Positions 10,100 to 19,260 of a stretch of DNA of 64,000 nucleotides are shown in pieces. The notes under the pieces are model-generated. The model had not been told where the DNA came from. It saw nothing but the letters and a program-made list of their open reading frames with translations, and made no database searches. Position 1 is the stretch's first letter; each line of letters starts with the position of its first letter. Source of the DNA: Leptolyngbyaceae cyanobacterium (GTDB lineage Bacteria > Cyanobacteriota > Cyanobacteriia > Phormidesmidales > Phormidesmidaceae); the NCBI GenBank assembly GCA_965263355.1, contig CBDHHL010000032.1:1248001-1312000 (forward strand), written 5' to 3'. The position numbers and the translations under genes are program-made.

Positions 10100-11551
10100 A
10101 TGCCAGTGGCAGTAGATTTTAGCGGCAGGCCATTTCACTTTATTGGTGTCGGTGGTATTGGTATGTCGGCATTAGCCCATATATTGGCTCAGCGACAGTT
10201 ACCGGTATCGGGATCTGATTGTCGTTTAACCCATATTACTCGGCGTCTTCAGCAGAAAGGAGTGCATATTTTCTGGAGTCAGGAAGCTGAGAATATTGCC
10301 CAGGCAACCCAAAAGGTGTCTGTAGATACGGTGATTTTGCCTCAAGTAGTTTGTTCCACTGCCATTGGTCCTAGCAATCCGGAATACAAGGCAGCTATGG
10401 ATGCAGGGTGTCCTATGTTTCACCGTTCTGATATTTTGGCAGCGTTGATGAATGAAACTCATGGGATTGCGATCGCAGGTACCCATGGTAAAACCACCAC
10501 TAGCAGTATGGTGGGTTACCTGCTGCTAAAGGCTGGCATTGATCCATCCATTGTGATTGGTGGTGAGGTATCAGCTTGGCAAGGCAATGCCTATGTCGGC
10601 ACTAGCGACTATATGGTGGCTGAAGCCGATGAATCCGATGGCTCATTAGTAAAACTGTCAGCAGCCATTGGCGTCATTACCAATATCGAACTTGATCATC
10701 CAGATCATTACAGTAGCCTGGATGAAGTGGTAGACATTTTTAAGCACTTTGCTCAACAGTGTGACCTGGTGATTGGCAGTGCCGATTGTGATACGGTGCT
10801 TCACCAAATCCAACCGGCTATCACCTATAGTCTGCGACCAGAGTCAGGGGCCGATTATATTGCCGTCGATATCTGTGAAACGGCCCAGGGAACAACCGCT
10901 GAGATTTGGGAGCAAGGTCAGCGGCTAGGCGAATTGCATCTGGCGATTTTAGGGCGTCATAATTTAAGTAATGCCTTGGCCGCCATTGCTATCGCCAGAC
11001 GATTAGGGGTGAAGTTCGATGCCATTGCCACCATTATGGCAACCTTTGTGGGTGCAAAGCGGCGGTTTGACCACCGGGGCTTCCACAACAAGATTCTGTT
11101 TATTGATGACTATGCCCACCATCCGAGTGAGATTAAAGTGACACTGGCGACCGCGCAAGTCAAAAGTACAGAGAGTTTAGAAGGGATTAGTCAACGTCGT
11201 GTGGTAGCCGTGTTCCAGCCCCATCGCTACAGTCGAATCACAACGCTATTGCCAGAATTTGCCACTGCCTTTACTGATGCGGATCAGGTGATTGTAACTG
11301 ATATCTATAGTGCTGGAGAGACAAATGCATCAGGGATTACTGGGGAAGATGTGACTAGCGCTATTGGTGAACACCATACCCAGGTTAGTTATGCAGCTAC
11401 CCCGGATGACGTAAAAACAAAACTAGCATTGTTGTTGCAGCCTGGCGATTTGGTTATTTTCCTGACAGCAGGTACCTTAAATCAGGTAATTCCAGATGTG
11501 ATGGATTATCAAGCTGAACAAGCTGAACAAACTGCTCTGACGAGTGTTTAA
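10100..11551 (+). CDS. murC: UDP-N-acetylmuramate--L-alanine ligase
   Basis: GVGGIGMSALA, GTHGKTTT, EADESDGS, DDYAHHPSE, FQPHRYSR; ATG at 10100 preferred over 10019. Confidence 0.96.
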   Translation: MPVAVDFSGRPFHFIGVGGIGMSALAHILAQRQLPVSGSDCRLTHITRRLQQKGVHIFWSQEAENIAQATQKVSVDTVILPQVVCSTAIGPSNPEYKAAMDAGCPMFHRSDILAALMNETHGIAIAGTHGKTTTSSMVGYLLLKAGIDPSIVIGGEVSAWQGNAYVGTSDYMVAEADESDGSLVKLSAAIGVITNIELDHPDHYSSLDEVVDIFKHFAQQCDLVIGSADCDTVLHQIQPAITYSLRPESGADYIAVDICETAQGTTAEIWEQGQRLGELHLAILGRHNLSNALAAIAIARRLGVKFDAIATIMATFVGAKRRFDHRGFHNKILFIDDYAHHPSEIKVTLATAQVKSTESLEGISQRRVVAVFQPHRYSRITTLLPEFATAFTDADQVIVTDIYSAGETNASGITGEDVTSAIGEHHTQVSYAATPDDVKTKLALLLQPGDLVIFLTAGTLNQVIPDVMDYQAEQAEQTALTSV

Positions 11552-11568
11552 GATTTTGCGAATTATCT

Positions 11569-12471
11569 ATGGCTGTTGAAAAGCAACTAACCAGTACAGG
11601 CTGTATTGCTAAATCTGAGTATTCTCTGGCCCATTTGACCACATTTAAGGTAGGTGGTCCGGCTGAGTGGTTTGTCGCTCCTCGCAGTGTCAGTGAGCTT
11701 CAGGCTTCAGTGCAATGGGCTGCTGCAGAAGATTTACCGATCACTCGTTTGGGGGCTGGGTCTAACTTGTTGATTAGCGATCGCGGGTTGCCAGGGCTGG
11801 TGATTTGTACGCGCTATCTACGCCAGGTTGAGTTTGAAGAGACCGGGCGAGTAACAGCAGCGGCAGGTATGCCCATGGCCACGTTAGCCTGGAAAGCTGC
11901 CAAACGGGGATATAAAGGATTGGTGTGGACCGTTGGCATTCCAGGCACAGTTGGTGGAGCAGTGGTGATGAATGCGGGGGCCCATGGTAGTGATACCCAA
12001 GCCATTCTTGTGAGTACAGAGGTGCTCAATCCAGATGGGTCCCTAGAAACCCTCACACCTGAGCAACTTCAATTTAAATATCGAACATCTGTGCTACAGA
12101 GTGATCCACGGATTGTGACCCAGGCTATATTTCAGTTACAGCCTGGTTATGATCCAACGCTAGTGAGGGCAGAGACCTCCGCCGATTTGGAGCAGCGTCG
12201 TTCCACCCAGCCTTATCATTTGCCTAGCTGTGGCAGCGTATTTCGCAATCCCAAACCCAAAAGCGCAGGTTGGCTGATCGAGCAGTCAGGCTTAAAAGGC
12301 TTCAAAGTAGGTCAAGCCCAAGTAGCGGAACGCCATGCGAACTTTATCCTCAATTGTGGTGGTGCGACCGCTAGCGATATTTTCAAGCTGATTCGCCATA
12401 TCCAATATATTGTGGATGATAAATGGTCTTTGCAACTAAGGCCTGAAGTCCAGATTTTAGGGGATTTTTAG
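11569..12471 (+). CDS. murB: UDP-N-acetylenolpyruvoylglucosamine reductase
   Basis: GAGSNLL, GIPGTVGGAVVMNAGA, SCGSVFRNP, HANFILN. Confidence 0.96.
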   Translation: MAVEKQLTSTGCIAKSEYSLAHLTTFKVGGPAEWFVAPRSVSELQASVQWAAAEDLPITRLGAGSNLLISDRGLPGLVICTRYLRQVEFEETGRVTAAAGMPMATLAWKAAKRGYKGLVWTVGIPGTVGGAVVMNAGAHGSDTQAILVSTEVLNPDGSLETLTPEQLQFKYRTSVLQSDPRIVTQAIFQLQPGYDPTLVRAETSADLEQRRSTQPYHLPSCGSVFRNPKPKSAGWLIEQSGLKGFKVGQAQVAERHANFILNCGGATASDIFKLIRHIQYIVDDKWSLQLRPEVQILGDF

Positions 12472-12592
12472 GCGATTTAGGCAGTGCCCACTACCCATTG
12501 CTAATTGCCCACTGCCTTAAACCAAACATTGCAATTCCGGCCAAGGCAACGTATAGTTTGACAGTTGATTTAGTAAAATCAGGCCGCCGATT

Positions 12593-12937
12593 ATGAGCAA
12601 AGGGCAAGGTTTTGGCTTCGGTCTTGGAAAAATGAAAGAGCTGAGCGAAGCCTTTAAGAAGGCTCAGCAAGTTCAAGAAGGAGCTAAAAAACTTCAAGAA
12701 GAACTGGAATTAATGGAAATTGAAGGCCAATCGGGCGGTGGCTTGGTCAAGGTTATCCTCAGTGGTAATCAAGAGCCCAAACGCGTGTCTATTTCCCCTG
12801 AAGCAATGAACGAAGGGGCAGAGGTGCTGTCTGACTTGGTATCAGCAGCTATGCGTGATGCTTATCTCAAGTCAACAGAGACCATGCGTGAGCGTATGGA
12901 AGAACTGACGGGTGGTTTGCAGCTACCAGGTCTGTAA
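12593..12937 (+). CDS. ybaB: YbaB/EbfC family nucleoid-associated protein
   Basis: KKAQQVQ...[11 protein letters not shown]...LSDLVSAAM...TGGLQLPGL family pattern. Confidence 0.92.
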   Translation: MSKGQGFGFGLGKMKELSEAFKKAQQVQEGAKKLQEELELMEIEGQSGGGLVKVILSGNQEPKRVSISPEAMNEGAEVLSDLVSAAMRDAYLKSTETMRERMEELTGGLQLPGL

Positions 12938-13030
12938 AATTTCCGCGATAGAGTTATCGCTAGACGACTAGCGCATTGGTTGCTGGTCGTTTTTGCATAT
13001 CTGCTTAGCTGTGCTCATCGAGTTTCTACT

Positions 13031-13501
13031 ATGACAACCCGACTATTGTTTGTGTGTCTAGGCAATATCTGCCGGTCTCCATCGGCGGAAAATATCATGA
13101 ACCACTTGCTGGAAAAGCGAGATTTGCAGTCAAAGATAAGCTGCGACTCTGCAGGCACATCTAGCTATCACATCGGTAGTCCACCGGATAGTCGGATGAC
13201 AGCGGCTGCCAAAAAGCGAGGTATTAATCTAGTAGGACGTGCTCGACAGTTTACGGTGGCAGATTTTGATCAGTTTGATCTAATCTTGGCCATGGATGAC
13301 AGTAACTATCGCAATATTTTGGCACTTGATCCATCCGGAAAATATGCCCAAAAAGTAAAACGCATGTGCGATTTTTGCCAGACGCATGCCGACCGTGAAG
13401 TTCCAGATCCCTACTACGGTGGAGCAGATGGGTTTGACTATGTGATTAGTTTATTGATGGATGCCTGTCAGGGATTGTTACAGGATTTGGGTGAGTCATG
13501 A
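13031..13501 (+). CDS. Low molecular weight protein-tyrosine phosphatase
   Basis: VCLGNICRS P-loop, DSAGT, VPDPYYG; ATG at 13031 preferred over 12980. Confidence 0.93.
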   Translation: MTTRLLFVCLGNICRSPSAENIMNHLLEKRDLQSKISCDSAGTSSYHIGSPPDSRMTAAAKKRGINLVGRARQFTVADFDQFDLILAMDDSNYRNILALDPSGKYAQKVKRMCDFCQTHADREVPDPYYGGADGFDYVISLLMDACQGLLQDLGES

Positions 13502-13511
13502 GTGGGCTCAG

Positions 13512-14030
13512 CTATTTTTGAAAGACGAAATCATAGCTTTTGTAGAGGCCTTGCTCATAATTGACCACAAACCAGGTTTCTGGATCGAATGCTAGTGGAT
13601 AAGCTTCACGTTGGTTAGCATGATGGGCTTTAGAGATCGTGCAATAGGGGGGGGCAATAGTTTCATGTACCTTCGCCTGAGATGAATTTGGGGAAACTGA
13701 TAAAAACTGGTTTAGCTGGCTGCGGGAAAGACGCTGGTCAGCATTGATAATGGCTTGACAGGTCGACGCCGTATTTGTGTGATTAAGTGGCCATGACTGT
13801 ACAGCTTGTGACTGTACAGTTTGTAACTGGGCTGTGTGGGTCGATAGGGGTGTCGACAGGCGAGACCATAGGTTTTGAGGCACTAAAGCTAAGGCCAATA
13901 GGGCAAGACTGCCGAGGAGCCAAGGCTGGGGCTGGAATCCATATGGACGTGGTTTAACACGATGCCTAGGTCTACTGGGTCTTCGGTACCCTTGGCGATG
14001 GGGTGGAGCATATAGTTTAGACTGATTCAT
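13512..14030 (-). CDS. Hypothetical membrane-anchored protein
   Basis: Basic N-terminus, one TM helix, C-terminal domain CQAII...PYC...REAYPLAFDPETW of cyanobacterial type. Confidence 0.7.
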   Translation of the reverse strand: MNQSKLYAPPHRQGYRRPSRPRHRVKPRPYGFQPQPWLLGSLALLALALVPQNLWSRLSTPLSTHTAQLQTVQSQAVQSWPLNHTNTASTCQAIINADQRLSRSQLNQFLSVSPNSSQAKVHETIAPPYCTISKAHHANQREAYPLAFDPETWFVVNYEQGLYKSYDFVFQK

Positions 14031-14078
14031 AGGACAAACGTTCTAGAGGTTGTGGAATAATTTTAGTACACTTGAACT
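14031..14078. promoter_or_regulatory. Two putative LexA (SOS) operator boxes
   Basis: AGGACAAACGTTCT (14031-14044) and AGTACACTTGAACT (14065-14078) resemble the cyanobacterial RGTAC-N3-DGTWCB box and the boxes upstream of lexA. Confidence 0.55.
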
Positions 14079-14200
14079 AAAATGATCTAGTTCACAGCTA
14101 TAAAACAAAAAAGTTTTTATCATTTGAGTAGAGAGTTATATCGAGCGCCCAACAAAAGATTCAAGAGATGTGTGGATATCAGCAGCTTTTATAGGAGGCG

Positions 14201-15844
14201 ATGGTGAACCGGACGTTGGTATGGTTTCGCCGTGACCTGCGGGTATGTGACCATGAGCCGCTTTATCGAGCTGCGCGACGGGGGGCTGTGATCCCTGTTT
14301 TTGTGTTTGACCGTTCGCTGTTGCACCATCCAGAAACAGCGGCGGCCCGAGTTGCCTTTATGGTGAATTGTTTGCACCATCTGGATCAATCGTTACGACA
14401 TCTGGGGGGGCGTTTGATCCTGCGCTTTGGTGACCCGGTAGAGGTGCTGCCACGGCTAATTGAGGAAGCTCAAGCTGAAGGGGTTTACAGTTACATCGAC
14501 TGTGAACGAATTTATGGGCGAGTGCGCGATGCGCGACTCAATCAAGCATTGGCCGATCGTCAGATGAAAATTCGTTGGTTTGAGCCTCCTGCCAGCTGTT
14601 CGGAGTTGATGGCCTATCCTGACTATCGTCAGTGGTGGTATCAGCAGATGGCTGTTCCTATTGTGCCTGCGCCCTCTCGGGTTGACGTGCCTGTTGAGGT
14701 GATAAGTGAGCCATGGCCTGATTTAGAGCAGCTGGGTCACAGCTTAGATGGTAAACCGATTCCTACCGGGAGTACCCAGGTGGCTCGGCAGCTACTACGC
14801 CGGTTTTTAACGGAGAAGGCGGATCGTTACTACTGGCAGTTGTCCTATCCCAGTGCTGAAATAACGACAGGACTGAGTCCCTACATCAAATTTGGGGTGA
14901 TTTCTGTGCGTGAATGTGTGCAGACAATTCAGCGGGCGGATGATCGAGGCGATCATCGGATTCAGCGTAGTTATCATCAGCTAATTTCTCGGTTTAGATG
15001 GGGTAACGGGTTTACCCAACGCTTTCGCTATTTGCCTCAATTGGAGTTGCGATCGCTATACAGCATTTTTGATGACGACGGCTGGAGCTTTGATGAAGAT
15101 CTATATCAAGCTTGGCAACATGGTCAGACTGGGTTTCCCATTGTCGATGCAGCGGCCCGATGTTTGCAGGCCACCGGCGGATATCTGGCGCTCAACTTTC
15201 GGACTCGGGCTATTTATGCCAGTTTTCTGAGCAACTTAATCGGCATAGACTGGCGCTACGGGGCACTACACTTTATGCGCCACCTGATAGATGGTGACTG
15301 CCCCATTGACCATTATCAGTGGGCGATGCAATCGGGGGTGACCCACTGTGTCGATAAAACCTGGACAAGAATTTATAATCCTCAGCAGGTAGCTGTCGAT
15401 CGCTGTGATCCAGACGGGCTGTTTATCAAGCGCTGGGTGCCAGAGCTGGCCCATTTACCCCCAGAGCAACTTGGGGCACCGCCCCCGACAAAGGGATATC
15501 CAGAGCCAATTTTGGACTATCGGAAAATGCGATCGCACCGGGTAAAGCAACTAGAACAACAGCGGGGGAATTTTTTGAATAGCAATGATATCGTGCCGTA
15601 TCTAGGCCGAATGCCTAAAAATGTTAGGCCGTTTGGTGCCGAACGCTATTCTAGTGAGACTGTTTGGGCACTTGAAGAGACCCCTAAGCTGTTCCCTGTG
15701 GCGTTGAATTTAGACCGTTTGACTGCTCAACAATGTCTCAATTTGCGTACATGGTTTATCGCCCATGTAAACATTACTCCCCCCCAAAAACGTCGACGAA
15801 AATCTAACCTTTCACCGGTTCTAAAGCAGTTGAGCCTGCTTTAG
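14201..15844 (+). CDS. Cryptochrome/DNA photolyase family protein
   Basis: WFRRDLRVCDH, TGLSPYIKFG, WQHGQTGFPIVDAA, RIYNP, FIKRWVPEL. Confidence 0.9.
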   Translation: MVNRTLVWFRRDLRVCDHEPLYRAARRGAVIPVFVFDRSLLHHPETAAARVAFMVNCLHHLDQSLRHLGGRLILRFGDPVEVLPRLIEEAQAEGVYSYIDCERIYGRVRDARLNQALADRQMKIRWFEPPASCSELMAYPDYRQWWYQQMAVPIVPAPSRVDVPVEVISEPWPDLEQLGHSLDGKPIPTGSTQVARQLLRRFLTEKADRYYWQLSYPSAEITTGLSPYIKFGVISVRECVQTIQRADDRGDHRIQRSYHQLISRFRWGNGFTQRFRYLPQLELRSLYSIFDDDGWSFDEDLYQAWQHGQTGFPIVDAAARCLQATGGYLALNFRTRAIYASFLSNLIGIDWRYGALHFMRHLIDGDCPIDHYQWAMQSGVTHCVDKTWTRIYNPQQVAVDRCDPDGLFIKRWVPELAHLPPEQLGAPPPTKGYPEPILDYRKMRSHRVKQLEQQRGNFLNSNDIVPYLGRMPKNVRPFGAERYSSETVWALEETPKLFPVALNLDRLTAQQCLNLRTWFIAHVNITPPQKRRRKSNLSPVLKQLSLL

Positions 15845-15943
15845 ATCTAGCCAGAGTAATCATGTAGCTGCGAGAGCCAGGAAATTAGCGTATGCTAAAT
15901 AACTTAACAACTTTATGGTTGCAGTTAATTTCGAACCGATGCC

Positions 15944-17542
15944 GTGGTTAGTTCTCGTTCGATTGCAGTCGTTAAAAAGCGATGCCAAATCTTTTTTATT
16001 GTTTGCCTGTTGGTGGGCATTGGTTTACGTTGCACTAATGCAGCCCATAAAGTCTATTGGCATGATGAAGTTTATACAACAATTCGAGTATTAGGCCATT
16101 CAGAGAACGGCATTAAAGAACAAGTATTAAATAAGCCTGTGGTATCTGCCTCTGAACTACAGGCATTTCAGCAATTTCCTGAACCTAGACGCTGGCGGGA
16201 TACCTGGTCTGCCCTGGTCAGTCATCCTGAACATCCACCGTTGTTTTACCTATTAGAACGTCTGTGGGTGGGTGTTTGGGGGGCTTCAGTGACATCATTT
16301 CGAGCATTGGCAGTCATCTTTGGTTTGGCCTTGCTGCCATTGACCTATTGGGTATGCCAGCAACTCTGGCAAGAGCACTGGGTTGGCCTGATTGCTACCT
16401 GTTTGATGTCACTATCACCAGTTCAGTTGCTCTATGCCCAAGAAGCTCGAGAATATAGTTTATGGGCCTGTTTGGTTTTGTTGAGCCACGGCTGTTTATT
16501 GCGGGCGATGCGTTCCTCCAGCCGATACTCTAGTAATGCATTTGTTATACACTCTCCCAAAACCTTTGCTATACGTCGGTGGGGACTCTACAGTGCCAGT
16601 ATGACGCTGATGTTGTACACCACATTGCTCAGTGTTTTGGTTGTGGTTGCCCATAGTTTATATGTATTACTTAGTGGTTCTCGACAACATTGGCAACGAT
16701 TTGCTGTAGCGCTTGGGGGAACGTTTTTAACATTTATTCCTTGGGTGTTTGTTATCCTGAACAACAAAGCAAAACTCGATTCAGCTACGGATTGGACGTC
16801 ATTCCGCCAGCCCTTGGGACGGCTGGTAAAACTTTGGGGGCTGCATCTAAGTTCAGCGGTGATTGATCTGGGGCTACCGCTAGAAAACTGGTACACCTAT
16901 TTAGTGCCGCCCCTAGTTTTGATAGTGTTGCTGCTCGCCCTTTGGCAGTTACTGTTGGTGACTCCGCCAACTACTATGGCTTTTTGCATTGTGACGTTAA
17001 TGGTGCCTACTTTAGGATTAATTCTGCCCGATTTAATTAATGGTGGGCAGCTATCAATTAGTACGCGCTACTTTATTCCGTCATTGTTAATGGTGACACT
17101 AATCCTGGCTGGTTGGCTGTGGCAGCTGATGCTATCAGATCGAGGGAGGTATCGATTTTTAGGTCAGGGCATTTTGGTGCTCTTGTTATCTATCGGGTTA
17201 GTTTCAGGTAGCTTAAGTGCAGGGTCATTCACATGGTGGAATAAAAATATTGACTATCACGGTAAGACCATAGGAAATATCATTCGCCAAGCAGAGAATC
17301 CTTTAGTGGTAGCTGAGCTGGGGGCAACAGGGCTAGGAAATATGATTTCCTTAAGCTATTCGGTGGACCCTGAGACAGAATTTTTGTTGTTTAAATCCGG
17401 GCGATTACCAGAGCTACCCGAGGGATATAGTGACTATTTTGTTGCCTATGCTAAGGGAGATTTACTAGATGAGATTGCGTCTAAAACTGGTAAGTCTCCT
17501 ACTTTAGCCGAGGGGGATTATCCCCTATGGCGGTTAGAATAA
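15944..17542 (+). CDS. Glycosyltransferase family 39 (PMT-like, GT-C) membrane protein
   Basis: YWHDE, EHPPLFY and YAQEAREYSL motifs; many TM helices. Confidence 0.88.
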   Translation: MVSSRSIAVVKKRCQIFFIVCLLVGIGLRCTNAAHKVYWHDEVYTTIRVLGHSENGIKEQVLNKPVVSASELQAFQQFPEPRRWRDTWSALVSHPEHPPLFYLLERLWVGVWGASVTSFRALAVIFGLALLPLTYWVCQQLWQEHWVGLIATCLMSLSPVQLLYAQEAREYSLWACLVLLSHGCLLRAMRSSSRYSSNAFVIHSPKTFAIRRWGLYSASMTLMLYTTLLSVLVVVAHSLYVLLSGSRQHWQRFAVALGGTFLTFIPWVFVILNNKAKLDSATDWTSFRQPLGRLVKLWGLHLSSAVIDLGLPLENWYTYLVPPLVLIVLLLALWQLLLVTPPTTMAFCIVTLMVPTLGLILPDLINGGQLSISTRYFIPSLLMVTLILAGWLWQLMLSDRGRYRFLGQGILVLLLSIGLVSGSLSAGSFTWWNKNIDYHGKTIGNIIRQAENPLVVAELGATGLGNMISLSYSVDPETEFLLFKSGRLPELPEGYSDYFVAYAKGDLLDEIASKTGKSPTLAEGDYPLWRLE

Positions 17543-18009
17543 TTACCTTTTTAAGATAACGTCAAAACTCATAATAATTAGAGTAAAAGAAGTGATGATA
17601 AATGTTGTCTTTCAAAAGGGTAATGTGATTTTTTAAATTAGTTGTGTTGATGAGAATTAGCAATAACGGTCTACTTCAATCTGTGACCCTATTGATCATT
17701 AAATGCCAAACTTGTTCTAACAGGGAAACATCGACTTGTCCGTAATCCAAGCCTTGGACTCTTTTGAAAACTCGATTTCTTAGGATGTCTGAATTAGAAC
17801 AATAATTATTGATTTATATGCAGTCAATTGGATAAAGAAATAGCAAATATTCTACTAACTTTCGATAAAACGTTCTGTTTTTTCAAAGCGAATAGACTAG
17901 TTTGAATAAAGACTCTGGCCAAAACTTATCTGGGTGTTTTTATCTTTTCGGTCAACGATATCACTGCTTGCTAGCGCATGGAAATTATAACAAGCAAAGT
18001 TTATTTAAT

Positions 18010-19110
18010 ATGCTAAGTAGTTCCCGTCGCCCCCAGTCAGAAACAGTTAGCCGTTTAGTTAATGTTTGGGCAGCGCGTTATCGTCCCGATTTTTCCGCGC
18101 TCGAGGCGAGTGCCAGATCTTTAATTATTGGCGAAATATATCAATTATTAAAAACATCGGGCTGTCGGGAAATATCTGTGACATTAAATAAGCAACGGGT
18201 GGTCGAAACCTGCAAACTGGCAGCTGTGAGGTCAAAAGACTTTTATGTTTATTTTGATGATTTAGATCTTCAAGAAATTATTACCCTGGCCCATTTAGCA
18301 AGCCGTATTTATTTACAGCTTTTTGAGTTTTATCAAGTCAATCAAGCTATTCTGTCTGTCTCACAATGGGAATTGGAGCATTTTCCCCTTGACCATCTCG
18401 GGCGGATCTTTAAGGTTCCTAATATCAGTGAGCTAGCTTATATTTTAGAGCCTTCCTTAAATGAGTTTAGAGCCCATAGCACGAGTGCTAAAGATGGTAA
18501 AACTCTCGGGTTTATGACCACACAGATAAATCTCACCAATGCTTTATTGCTGCAGGAATTAGACCCAGTGGAACGGGCGTTAGTGAGTCCTTACTTAAAG
18601 TTTCTAGAAGAGCATATGGCTGTACCTTGGCAGAGAATGTGTGCTGCTGCGCTATACCATAAAGGCGGTTCTACAGTATTTGGTATAGTTGAACGAATGG
18701 TGCCCTTAATGTCAGAGATTTCAAAGGTAACTCATAGTCAGTGGAGCCATGACTTTCCCTATTACTGTAATCGTAGAGGCCGACTAGATAATCCGGATGT
18801 TCAGCATTCATCCTTGCGTGACTTTAGTATGTTTCAAGTTTATCTGTGGCTGAGTTTTCTACAGGGGCATAGTCGGATTATTGACGAGGAATTAGTAGTT
18901 TTATGTCGTGTCGTTTATGGTCAAATAGGCATTCCTTGGGAAATGACGGTTAAAGGGACTAAGTTACTTGCTGAGAAGATATTAAACTACTTAGAGCCCC
19001 ACGAACTGAGTGTAGTGACGCCCTGCGTTGAAAGTATGCTCAAGGCCTTTATCTGTAGTGATGCCATTGAGCATGGTAATCCTGGTGCCCTGAAGTTTCG
19101 CTATCCATAA
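18010..19110 (+). CDS. Hypothetical protein with a C-terminal phycobiliprotein/globin-like domain
   Basis: SLRDFSMFQVYLWLSFLQG...IDEE...RVVYGQIGIPWE aligns without gaps, by eye, to the allophycocyanin CLRD...G...IEE...REMYKSLGTP segment; ATG at 18010 preferred over TTG at 17902. Confidence 0.65.
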   Translation: MLSSSRRPQSETVSRLVNVWAARYRPDFSALEASARSLIIGEIYQLLKTSGCREISVTLNKQRVVETCKLAAVRSKDFYVYFDDLDLQEIITLAHLASRIYLQLFEFYQVNQAILSVSQWELEHFPLDHLGRIFKVPNISELAYILEPSLNEFRAHSTSAKDGKTLGFMTTQINLTNALLLQELDPVERALVSPYLKFLEEHMAVPWQRMCAAALYHKGGSTVFGIVERMVPLMSEISKVTHSQWSHDFPYYCNRRGRLDNPDVQHSSLRDFSMFQVYLWLSFLQGHSRIIDEELVVLCRVVYGQIGIPWEMTVKGTKLLAEKILNYLEPHELSVVTPCVESMLKAFICSDAIEHGNPGALKFRYP

Positions 19111-19260
19111 TGTAGTTAGTGCCCTATCTAGACTAAGAATTAGGAGCAGGTGTGTGACGAGTAAAGAGTCAAAAGTGATTAAGAGTGACTCTTTATCCTC
19201 TACTCTTTATCAATGTTCAATCCCAATTCTTAGCTTTGACGTTGCACTATCCTGTTAGGG

